A DNA stretch of 32,000 nucleotides from Methanothermus fervidus DSM 2088 (GTDB taxonomy: Archaea > Methanobacteriota > Methanobacteria > DSM-2088 > Methanothermaceae): assembly GCA_000166095.1 (NCBI GenBank), contig CP002278.1, positions 270,001-302,000 of the forward strand. Reading direction: 5' to 3'. The notes under the pieces are model-generated. The model had not been told where the DNA came from. It ran no database searches and saw nothing but the letters and a program-made list of their open reading frames with translations. Within the stretch, counting starts at the first letter, position 1. Each line of letters begins with the position of its first letter. The position numbers and the translations under genes were made by a program. This document shows, in pieces, positions 1-7,860 of the stretch.

Positions 1-1887
1 GCCTTCTTCAAATGAATATTCGGGCTTCCATCCTAATTCATTTTTAATTTTGCTAGAATCTAATGCATATCTATAATCATGGGCTGGCCTATCTTTAACA
101 AACTTTATTAGTGATTGTGGTTTATTTAATTTTTTTAATATTAATTTTACTACCTCTATATTCCTCTTTTCATTGTTAGCACTCACGTTGTAAATTTCAC
201 CATTTTTACCTTTATGTAAAATTAGATCAATAGCTTTACATGTATCTTTAACATATAACCAATCTCTGATATTTGATCCATCACCATAGATAGGTAATGG
301 TTTATTTTCAAGGGCATTGGTAATCATTAACGGTATAAATTTTTCTGGGAACTGATAAGGACCATAATTGTTTGAAGGTCTAACAATGTTAACAGGTAAA
401 CCATAAGTTTTGTGATAAGATCTAACAAGTAAGTCAGCTCCTGCCTTACTAGCTGCATATGGACTGTTTGGTTTTAATGGCGAATCTTCTGTGAAATATC
501 CTTCATCGCCTAGAGTTCCATATACTTCATCTGTTGAAATTTGTATAAATTTTTCAATACCATATTTGCGGGCAGATTCTAGTAGTACTTGAGTACCTAA
601 TACATTTGTTTTAACAAATCTACCTGGTTCCATTATGCTTCTGTCAACGTGTGTGTTATGAACTACTATGTTTCCTACGCCAGCAACAAAATTATGAGAT
701 CCTTCAACTTCTAAGTCATATACAAATCCTTCATATTTTTTTTCCGTAATTTTTTTACTTTTAAATTTACAATTTCCTACTTTGATATTATATGCATTCA
801 TTTTATAGTCCACATAAAACTCTTTACCTATTAATAAAAGCAATAAACAAACTTCAGCTGCTAATCTTCTTGAGCTTGTCAAAAATTCTTCTTTTCCATT
901 GTTAATTCCTTTCACTAAACTTTTCCAAAATATTTCTTGATACTCTTTTCCAATGTTAAATACAAAATTAGGAATTTTTTTACTATCACCATCATTACAA
1001 AATTTTGTACAGATTTTATAAAAATCTTTATTTTTCAACTTAAGTTGTAGAGTACCATTGTTTTCTGTTATTAAGCTGTTTCCATCAAAAATATTTTTAA
1101 AATCGTCAGATAAAATTTCTAACCAGCTTTTGTCATTGTCATTGATAATGACATAATTTTGTTTGAGATAACCACTTGAAATATAAGCAGCAAGTAATCT
1201 ACATAGAAACTTTAATTTTTTATCATTAAACATTCCTAATATTTTTGGATGTTTTATCTTTTTATCTCTGCATGAGAAATTCATGTCTCTTACATATAAT
1301 AGAGAGGGATTGGATTTCGCTGCTACAACCTTTCCATGTGTATTGTATACAGAGTGATTTGGTGTTACAAGAACTTCTCCTTGTTTTTGTTTTAATTTTA
1401 GAATCTTTCCTCTATATGGATGTCGAATAATTTTCCGAAGAGGTAGGAAAGTCCCAGAATTATTATAAAAAGATAATACCTTTATTTTTTCATTTGATGT
1501 ATCAATGATTTCATGTTTTCCATCCCAAATTACTTTGTTGCTTTCTTTCAATCTTTCGAATAATTTTTTCATGCTAAGTACTTGTATTTCACCATTCCAA
1601 TGAACAGTCACAAATTCTTCTTCAGCAACACTTTCAGCTGCAAAATTTACAATATAATCACATTCATACTTTTCAATTAATTTTTGAATTAGCTTTCCAT
1701 CAGTTATGCAACCTTTAACAAAGCTATAATTAGGAGCATCTTCAACATCTTTAAGATTTTCTAAATTACCTGAATATGTTAATTTATCTAGATTTATTAT
1801 TTTATATTGTGGATATTTATTCACCATATAACGTACAAAATTACTTCCAATAAACCCAGCTCCTCCAGTAACTAATATAACACTCAT
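1..1887 (-). CDS. rfbB: dTDP-glucose 4,6-dehydratase (RmlB/RfbB) interrupted by an in-frame intein. The 3' end runs off the left edge of the window.
   Basis: Hand translation of the minus strand from ATG 1887..1885 (SD GGTGGTGAG upstream) is open for all 629 codons to position 1. The N-extein reads MSVILVTGGAGFIGSNF...NFAAE. The C-extein reads THVDRSI...STDEVYG...YAASKAG...DRPAHDYRYALD, which are SDR/RmlB hallmarks. The gene is missing from the supplied ORF track because it has no stop codon in the window. Confidence 0.9.
   Translation of the reverse strand, partial: MSVILVTGGAGFIGSNFVRYMVNKYPQYKIINLDKLTYSGNLENLKDVEDAPNYSFVKGCITDGKLIQKLIEKYECDYIVNFAAESVAEEEFVTVHWNGEIQVLSMKKLFERLKESNKVIWDGKHEIIDTSNEKIKVLSFYNNSGTFLPLRKIIRHPYRGKILKLKQKQGEVLVTPNHSVYNTHGKVVAAKSNPSLLYVRDMNFSCRDKKIKHPKILGMFNDKKLKFLCRLLAAYISSGYLKQNYVIINDNDKSWLEILSDDFKNIFDGNSLITENNGTLQLKLKNKDFYKICTKFCNDGDSKKIPNFVFNIGKEYQEIFWKSLVKGINNGKEEFLTSSRRLAAEVCLLLLLIGKEFYVDYKMNAYNIKVGNCKFKSKKITEKKYEGFVYDLEVEGSHNFVAGVGNIVVHNTHVDRSIMEPGRFVKTNVLGTQVLLESARKYGIEKFIQISTDEVYGTLGDEGYFTEDSPLKPNSPYAASKAGADLLVRSYHKTYGLPVNIVRPSNNYGPYQFPEKFIPLMITNALENKPLPIYGDGSNIRDWLYVKDTCKAIDLILHKGKNGEIYNVSANNEKRNIEVVKLILKKLNKPQSLIKFVKDRPAHDYRYALDSSKIKNELGWKPEYSFEEG
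655..1632 (-). mobile_element. Intein (326 aa, Ser1...His-Asn, Thr+1) with an internal LAGLIDADG-type homing endonuclease-like domain, inserted in rfbB
   Basis: Block A is SVAEEEFVTV. Block B is GEVLVTPNHSVY (TxxH). Blocks F/G are YEGFVYDLEVEGSHNFVAGVGNIVVHN, followed by T. LAGLIDADG-like motifs are LLAAYISSG (1171..1197) and SLVKGINNG (895..921). The element is exactly 978 nt and in frame. Flanking residues rejoin to AAE-THVDRS. Confidence 0.85.
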
Positions 1888-1997
1888 CTACTCACCACCA
1901 AAAAATCTTTAGATTTAGAATGTATAATTTTTTTGGAAGAAATTTTATAATTAAAAATATGTTATTAAAAATTTTTTAGATTTTTTGAGGTGAGATT
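1888..1997. promoter_or_regulatory. Divergent promoter region between rfbB (-) and rfbC (+)
   Basis: 110-nt AT-rich spacer with TATA-like TTTTATAA at 1944..1951 and TGTATAATTTTTT at 1921..1933. SD GAGGTGA at 1987..1993 serves rfbC. SD GGTGGTGAG (complement of 1891..1899) serves rfbB. Confidence 0.4.
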
Positions 1998-2555
1998 ATG
2001 GGCAAGTTTAAATTTAAAAAAACTTCTATACCTGGCCTATATGTGATAAAACCTAAAGTTTTTGAAGATGAAAGAGGGTACTTTATGGAAACTTATAATG
2101 CTAAAGAATTCAAGAAAGCAAATATAAATGCAAAGTTTGTTCAAGATAATCAATCGTTTTCCAAAAAAGGCGTGTTACGTGGTCTACATTTCCAATATCG
2201 TAGACAACAAGGAAAACTCGTGAGGGTTATAAAAGGTAAGATATTTGATGTTGCAGTAGATTTAAGAAAAAATTCTGAAACATATGGAGAATGGGAATCA
2301 GTAATATTGTCAGGTAAAAATAAAAAAATGTTTTATATTCCTGAAGGTTTTGCCCATGGCTTTTTAGTACTTTCCGATACAGCAATTGTAACTTATAAGT
2401 GTACTGATTTTTATTATCCTGAATATGAGGGAGGAATAATATGGAATGACCCTGACATTGGGATTGAATGGCCAATTGATGAAGTAGATAAATTAATAAT
2501 TTCAGATAAAGATAAAAAATGGAAACCACTGAAAGAAAACCCTGTGAAGTTATAA
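1998..2555 (+). CDS. rfbC: dTDP-4-dehydrorhamnose 3,5-epimerase
   Basis: 185 aa with FEDERGYFMETY, FVQDNQSFSKKGVLRGLHFQ and GFAHGF, which are RmlC cupin motifs. SD GAGGTGA lies upstream. Confidence 0.92.
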   Translation: MGKFKFKKTSIPGLYVIKPKVFEDERGYFMETYNAKEFKKANINAKFVQDNQSFSKKGVLRGLHFQYRRQQGKLVRVIKGKIFDVAVDLRKNSETYGEWESVILSGKNKKMFYIPEGFAHGFLVLSDTAIVTYKCTDFYYPEYEGGIIWNDPDIGIEWPIDEVDKLIISDKDKKWKPLKENPVKL

Positions 2556-2567
2556 TGAGGTATAAAG

Positions 2568-3317
2568 ATGAAAGTTGAAAAATATTTTGAAAAAATATTG
2601 TCAAAACGTAAAATCCATTTAACATTGATAGACCCTGAGGAACAAGAACCAAAGAAAGCACTTGAAATTGCAAAATTAGCGATAAAAGGAGGCACCGATG
2701 GAATAATGGTAGGAGGTTCTACTAGTGATCAGGAAGATCTAGATACAACAGTTAAAATATTAAAAATGAATCTAAATGTTCCTATCATACTTTTTCCAGG
2801 GAACATAACCGGTATAAGTAAATATGCTGATGCAATATTTTTCATGAGTTTATTAAATTCTACTAATCCTTATTGGATAACTGGTGCACAAGCTTTAGGT
2901 GCACCAACTGTAAAAAAATATGGTATTGAGGCATTACCAGTTGCATATTTGATTATAGAACCTGGTGGAACTGTAAGTTGGGTTGGAGATGCCAAACCAA
3001 TACCTAGAAAAAAATATAAACTTGCAGCTGCATATGCGATGGCTGCCGAATTATTAGGAATGAAATATGTTTATTTAGAGGCTGGATCTGGAGCCAAACA
3101 TCATGTACCTACTAAAATGATATCTAAAGTTAGAGATAGCACAAATTTGAAAATAATTGTTGGTGGAGGTATTAAAACTCGTGAAGATGTAGAAAGAGTT
3201 ATTAAAGCTGGTGCAGACATAATAGTAACTGGCACTATTATTGAACGTGCGTCTGATATCAAGAAGAAAATTTCTGAAATTGTTGAACCTTTAAAGTCAA
3301 CAAGTAACGTGGATTAG
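2568..3317 (+). CDS. Geranylgeranylglyceryl phosphate synthase (PcrB/GGGPS family)
   Basis: 249 aa TIM-barrel-like pattern: GGTDGIMVGGS, YLEAGSGA, IVGGGIKT, GADIIVTG. These are typical of archaeal GGGP synthase. Confidence 0.82.
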   Translation: MKVEKYFEKILSKRKIHLTLIDPEEQEPKKALEIAKLAIKGGTDGIMVGGSTSDQEDLDTTVKILKMNLNVPIILFPGNITGISKYADAIFFMSLLNSTNPYWITGAQALGAPTVKKYGIEALPVAYLIIEPGGTVSWVGDAKPIPRKKYKLAAAYAMAAELLGMKYVYLEAGSGAKHHVPTKMISKVRDSTNLKIIVGGGIKTREDVERVIKAGADIIVTGTIIERASDIKKKISEIVEPLKSTSNVD

Positions 3318-3659
3318 TGCATTCACTTTTTTACCTTCTTTTTTCAATTTATTAAATTTCTTTATTGCTTCAGGAGTAGGCAATGACACAAGTTTTATCC
3401 CATTTTCTTTAACTAAATTTTTTGCTTCATCGCTTACCTTTAATGCACCAACTTCGCCACATCCTACAACAAGTACATCAGGATTTTCATTAACTAGTTT
3501 TTCAATTTCTCTATCAGAAAGTATATGTGAAGTTCCATATTTCTCCCTTGAGAGAGACTTTTCTCTCTTACTAACACTCCCATCTATATGCACTATTATA
3601 TCGTGGTTATATTCTTTATTTCCATATTCTATACTTCCAAATCTATAACGTCCAAACAT
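3297..3659 (-). CDS. Mth938-like (DUF498) domain protein
   Basis: 120 aa with HDIIVHIDGSV, SHILSDREIE, VLVVGCGEVGALKV and a C-terminal ALIHVTC, matching my memory of the Mth938 family. Its 3' end overlaps the GGGPS 3' end by 21 nt (convergent). Confidence 0.65.
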   Translation of the reverse strand: MFGRYRFGSIEYGNKEYNHDIIVHIDGSVSKREKSLSREKYGTSHILSDREIEKLVNENPDVLVVGCGEVGALKVSDEAKNLVKENGIKLVSLPTPEAIKKFNKLKKEGKKVNALIHVTC

Positions 3660-3720
3660 ATTATCACAACTTTTTTTATTTCTAAATAAGAATTAACTTA
3701 ATTTTAGCATTAAAAATTTT

Positions 3721-4632
3721 TTACAGTAAGAACATTAAGAAAAATATCATGATAAATTTTGAAAATATACTTGCCATATAATCGATAATTCCTACCTTAA
3801 TACCAAATTTCCCAAACAACCCTATATACATAGGAAATGTATATTTTAGATATATAGATGTTATAACTGCCATGCTTCCCAAAAGAAGTGTTATAAGAGC
3901 TTGTTTTAAGGTTAAAGTGCCACTATAGAATAATGTGGCGACAGTTGTATATCCTGCAGAAAAATGGATGAGTTGTGCAATAATTACAATAGCTGACATT
4001 CCAGGTATGCCAAAAAATTTTAAAAATGGACTAAAAAGAATGTTTAAATATTTATATCCGCCTATTTCAAGTAAAAAATTTATAAGAAAAAATGTTACAA
4101 TTATGGTTGGTATAGTTTTTTTCAAAATCTTTATAGATCTCTTAATGGCGTTTCCTTTTGGTTTTTGGATTAATGGTATTTCTTCAATATTTATTGTTTT
4201 AGTATTCTGATATTTATGGATGTAAACAACTCCTGCAAGCAATTGTAAAAATGAGGAAAATAAATTTAAAAACAAATATATTATACCAAGCTTTAATCCT
4301 AAGATGGCTATGGTTATCAATGCCTGAGCTGTTAATAAATATTCTCCAAGTACTGTAGAAAAAGTGCTCATTACAATAGTTAAAATTACATCTATATCAT
4401 TTATTTCTTTATTTTTATAAAAATTTGCCAATGCGGATTTTCCAGCAGTTGAATTAAAAAAACATAAAACAAAAGAAAACACACAAGGATATGGAAGTCT
4501 TAAAAATTTTGTTAATGGAGTGATCAAAGAAATAATACTATTTCTTATTTTGTTATTTTCAAGAATGAAATTTGTGAATAAAACACTGATTATAACTAGT
4601 ATAAGCATCCTAAATAAAAGAGAAAAATTCAT
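3721..4632 (-). CDS. Polytopic integral membrane protein. It may belong to the nucleoside-recognition/Gate-domain family, but the function is uncertain.
   Basis: Highly hydrophobic protein of about 303 aa with multiple predicted TM stretches. The ORF track starts at GTG 4641, but AGGGTGA followed by 5 nt precedes ATG 4632, so I prefer 4632. Confidence 0.7.
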   Translation of the reverse strand: MNFSLLFRMLILVIISVLFTNFILENNKIRNSIISLITPLTKFLRLPYPCVFSFVLCFFNSTAGKSALANFYKNKEINDIDVILTIVMSTFSTVLGEYLLTAQALITIAILGLKLGIIYLFLNLFSSFLQLLAGVVYIHKYQNTKTINIEEIPLIQKPKGNAIKRSIKILKKTIPTIIVTFFLINFLLEIGGYKYLNILFSPFLKFFGIPGMSAIVIIAQLIHFSAGYTTVATLFYSGTLTLKQALITLLLGSMAVITSIYLKYTFPMYIGLFGKFGIKVGIIDYMASIFSKFIMIFFLMFLL

Positions 4633-4674
4633 ATTTTTCACCCTTTAGAAAATTTTTAAAGGAAGATGGTATTC

Positions 4675-5517
4675 ATGAAAGTTTTGGTTACAGGTTCAAC
4701 AGGAATGTTAGGTAAAGAATTAATAAATGTCCTTAAAGATGAATATGAAGTAAAAGGTGTAAGCAGTAAAGACTTTGACATAAGAAATTTAAATGAAACT
4801 ATTGAAGGTATTAAAGAATTTAATCCAGAAGTAGTTATACATACTGCAGCATTTACAGATGTTGATGGTAGTGAACATAAGAAAGACCTTGCATATAAAG
4901 TGAATTCAATAGGGACTAGAAATGTTGCTGTTGCATGTAATATAACTAATAGTTCTCTGCTGTATATTTCAACTGATTATGTCTTTGATGGTAAGAAAGG
5001 AAGTCCTTATTATGAATATGATAAACCAAACCCAATAAATGTCTATGGAAAAACAAAATACTTAGGAGAAGTATATGTAAGAGATTTGTTAAACAAATTT
5101 TATATTGTACGTACTTCTTGGTTATATGGACCTTATGGATCTAATTTTGTAGATACTATGTTACAACTTGCTGAAAATAAAGATGAAATAAAAGTGGTCG
5201 ATGATCAAGTTGGATCTCCTACCTACACCCTAGATTTATCATTAGCAATTAAAAAATTGATAAAAGAACCTAGATATGGAATATATCACCTAACCAACAG
5301 TGGACATTGTTCTTGGTATGAATTTGCTAAACAAATTTTCAAAGAAATGAATTTGGATGTCAAATTAACACCAATTAAAACTGAAGAGTCAAGGCGTCCA
5401 GCCAAACGTCCTAAATTTTCTGTTTTAAAAAATTATAATTGGGAAGTTGAGGGATTTAAAAAGTTAAGACATTACAAAGATGCCTTAAAAAATTACTTAA
5501 GGAGGATTAGAACATGA
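4675..5517 (+). CDS. rfbD: dTDP-4-dehydrorhamnose reductase
   Basis: [13 protein letters not shown] Rossmann N-terminus, [19 protein letters not shown] and QVGSPTYT, which are RmlD motifs. The ORF track start at 4666 is an alternative. The 3' end overlaps the rfbA start by 4 nt. Confidence 0.9.
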   Translation: MKVLVTGSTGMLGKELINVLKDEYEVKGVSSKDFDIRNLNETIEGIKEFNPEVVIHTAAFTDVDGSEHKKDLAYKVNSIGTRNVAVACNITNSSLLYISTDYVFDGKKGSPYYEYDKPNPINVYGKTKYLGEVYVRDLLNKFYIVRTSWLYGPYGSNFVDTMLQLAENKDEIKVVDDQVGSPTYTLDLSLAIKKLIKEPRYGIYHLTNSGHCSWYEFAKQIFKEMNLDVKLTPIKTEESRRPAKRPKFSVLKNYNWEVEGFKKLRHYKDALKNYLRRIRT

Positions 5518-6407
5518 AGGGGATAGTACTCGCAGGTGGGGAAGGAACACGATTACGTCCAATAACAACGGCTGTATCAAAACAATTACTTCCAGTCTAT
5601 GATAAACCAATGGTTTATTATCCTATTTCTGTTTTGATGCTGGCAAATATAAGAGATATCCTCATTATATCCACTCCAAGAGATTTACCTCTCTATAAAG
5701 ATCTTTTAGGAGATGGAAGTGATTTTGGAGTTAGGTTTACATATAAAGAACAAAAGGAACCTAGAGGTTTAGCAGATGCATTTATAGTAGGAGAAGATTT
5801 TATTGGAAATGATAAGGTAGCATTGGTTTTAGGTGACAATATATTTTATGGTCATAGATTTAGTGAAGTACTGGAGAGAGCTACATCATTTAAAAAAGGT
5901 GCAGTAATTTTTGGATATTACGTAAAAGATCCCAGACCCTTTGGTGTTGTAGAATTTGACGAAGATGGAAATGTAATTTCCATAGAAGAAAAACCAAAGC
6001 ACCCAAAATCTAATTATGTGGTTCCAGGACTTTATTTCTATGATAATAAAGTGGTTGATATAGCTAAAAATATAGAACCTTCTGAGAGAGGTGAGCTTGA
6101 AATAACATCTGTAAATCAAGAGTATTTAAAAAGAGGTGAATTAAAAGTCGAAATTTTAGGTAGAGGAATGGCATGGATGGATGCAGGAACTCCTCAAGGA
6201 TTATTAGAAGCTAGTAATTTTGTTGAGGCAATACAAAGAAGGCAAGGTTTTTATATAGCATGCTTAGAAGAAATTGCATATAATAAAGGTTGGATAACAC
6301 GAGAACAACTTATAGAGAGAGCAAAAAAATTAAAGAATAGTGAATATGGTCAATATTTAATGGACATAGCAAAAATTGGTCCAACTGCTCCATATCTATC
6401 TAGGTAA
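5514..6407 (+). CDS. rfbA: Glucose-1-phosphate thymidylyltransferase
   Basis: [51 protein letters not shown] is a near-consensus RmlA N-terminus. SD GGAGGA lies upstream. Confidence 0.93.
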   Translation: MKGIVLAGGEGTRLRPITTAVSKQLLPVYDKPMVYYPISVLMLANIRDILIISTPRDLPLYKDLLGDGSDFGVRFTYKEQKEPRGLADAFIVGEDFIGNDKVALVLGDNIFYGHRFSEVLERATSFKKGAVIFGYYVKDPRPFGVVEFDEDGNVISIEEKPKHPKSNYVVPGLYFYDNKVVDIAKNIEPSERGELEITSVNQEYLKRGELKVEILGRGMAWMDAGTPQGLLEASNFVEAIQRRQGFYIACLEEIAYNKGWITREQLIERAKKLKNSEYGQYLMDIAKIGPTAPYLSR

Positions 6408-6412
6408 TTGAT

Positions 6413-6559
6413 TTATCCTCTAGGTTCTTTTGCTTTAAACCTTAAGCCCTTATAACCACATTTTCTACATTTTTTTGCTTTAGGTGCATTTCTTGCATTG
6501 CATCGAAGACATATTTTGACGTTAAAAAGTCTTTTTTCTGCCACCTCAAATCTAGCCAT
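6413..6559 (-). CDS. rpl40e: 50S ribosomal protein L40e
   Basis: Hand-translated 48 aa: [48 protein letters not shown], with a CxxC...CxxC zinc ribbon. This matches my memory of archaeal L40e. It falls below the ORF-track size cutoff. The start overlaps the tsr3 stop (ATGGCTAG). Confidence 0.85.
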   Translation of the reverse strand: MARFEVAEKRLFNVKICLRCNARNAPKAKKCRKCGYKGLRFKAKEPRG

Positions 6560-7076
6560 TTTTTATGCCCTCCATCACTTCTTTTTGGATTTTTACAACT
6601 TCTTTACTTGTTTTTGCTTTTGAATATGCATCTAACAACTCTTTATTGAGTTGTAAAAAATGTGGACCCCATTTAAAGTTTGACATTATCTCTTTTGCCA
6701 TGTCTTTTAAACCTATTATATAAAGCGTTGATGCTATTGCCTCAGCTGTGGATAGGACAAATGGTCTACCATATGCAATAGGATTCGCCGCAACTAAAAA
6801 CGGCAAAGCCCTGTGATATCTCCCGACTTTAAATATTTCTGAGGACTTTCTAACATTTTTCCATGAACAGTCGATTGCTGCTAAACCATGTCTGATAATT
6901 CTCTGCTTGTCTTCTCTAGATAGTGCCTTTTTTGATAATGGATTTAATACAATTGCGCCACGAGGTATTTGATTCATAGTTTTTACAATTTTTGCAAAAC
7001 CTTTTCTACCTAGCCTCAAACTTGTACATTTTTTTCTGTTACATTCTTCTTCATGATAAATAAATATTTTTATCAT
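6552..7076 (-). CDS. tsr3: 16S rRNA aminocarboxypropyltransferase Tsr3
   Basis: [23 protein letters not shown]-terminus, AIDCSWKNV and LSTAEA, as in the Tsr3 family. The ORF-track TTG start at 7118 would add 14 residues that look unlike Tsr3. ATG 7076 overlaps the upstream VWA gene by 26 nt. Confidence 0.8.
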   Translation of the reverse strand: MIKIFIYHEEECNRKKCTSLRLGRKGFAKIVKTMNQIPRGAIVLNPLSKKALSREDKQRIIRHGLAAIDCSWKNVRKSSEIFKVGRYHRALPFLVAANPIAYGRPFVLSTAEAIASTLYIIGLKDMAKEIMSNFKWGPHFLQLNKELLDAYSKAKTSKEVVKIQKEVMEGIKNG

Positions 7077-7860
7077 TGTAAAATAATGAATTTCTTTCGT
7101 GTTTAATAATTGATCCAACAGTTTCTACAATATTTCTATTTCCTACCTCATAATATTTGCCACCAGAAGTTAGTGCTAATTCAAAGTTGAAGTTTCTACC
7201 CCGCATAATCCTTTTCTCAAAATTTATAATCACGGTATGTATATCACTCCTATTTAACTCTTTTGCTAATTCGAGCACGTCACGTGTAGGACTATTTTTT
7301 AAGGCAATATTAGGCATGCCATCACTTAGCAATACAAGTATTGGTACATATTCGTTTGATTTTTTCTTTTCTCTTTTTAAAATTTCTATAGCTTTTTTGA
7401 GACCATGAGCCATTGGAGTAGTTCCACCTACAGAAATATTTTCAATTTTATCTTTGAACGAAAATATCCTTCTCGTACTGGGTAGAATAACTCTAGCCTC
7501 TCTACCTTTAAACCCTATAATTGCTAACTTATCTTTATGTCTTTGAGCATCTAACATTATTCTCTTTAAAACTCCTTTAACTTTCTCAGCTTTATCTTCT
7601 GAAGACATTGATCCACTTATGTCCACAACTAAAACTATTAATGCCTTTGATCCATGTTTTCTTATTTTTTCTCTTAAATCTTCTGGTTCAACATTAATTT
7701 TACCTTCTGATTTAATCGCTGCTGCCCTAATCGTTGCATCTATTGCAATATCTTTTGGATTCTTCAATGGAATTCTACTTTTTACATATTTTCCCCTTTC
7801 TGTTTGAGATTCAACTTTGTTACCATACTTACGTCTTCTCTTATCACCTTTAAATTTCAA
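7051..7860 (-). CDS. VWA/MIDAS-domain protein resembling the C-terminal half of chelatase subunit D (ChlD/BchD/CobT-like)
   Basis: [11 protein letters not shown] is followed by the MIDAS motif VVDISGSMS, then [10 protein letters not shown] and LLSDGMPN. The only start-like codon in the open frame is TTG 7860..7858, which overlaps the upstream TGA. Confidence 0.75.
   Translation of the reverse strand: MKFKGDKRRRKYGNKVESQTERGKYVKSRIPLKNPKDIAIDATIRAAAIKSEGKINVEPEDLREKIRKHGSKALIVLVVDISGSMSSEDKAEKVKGVLKRIMLDAQRHKDKLAIIGFKGREARVILPSTRRIFSFKDKIENISVGGTTPMAHGLKKAIEILKREKKKSNEYVPILVLLSDGMPNIALKNSPTRDVLELAKELNRSDIHTVIINFEKRIMRGRNFNFELALTSGGKYYEVGNRNIVETVGSIIKHERNSLFYNDKNIYLS

Noticed and set aside
1245-1430. 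61-aa plus-strand ORF from the track, lying inside the left-edge region
   Set aside because: It lies antisense to the continuous rfbB-intein reading frame and has a low-complexity, Leu/Ile/Phe-rich sequence with no SD. It is best explained as a chance ORF opposite real coding sequence.
655-1632. Possibility that rfbB is a pseudogene disrupted by an insertion element
   Set aside because: The insert is an exact multiple of 3 (978 nt), has no stop codons, carries all intein splicing blocks, and is bounded by residues that restore the conserved RmlB motif. It has no terminal inverted repeats or transposase-like sequence.
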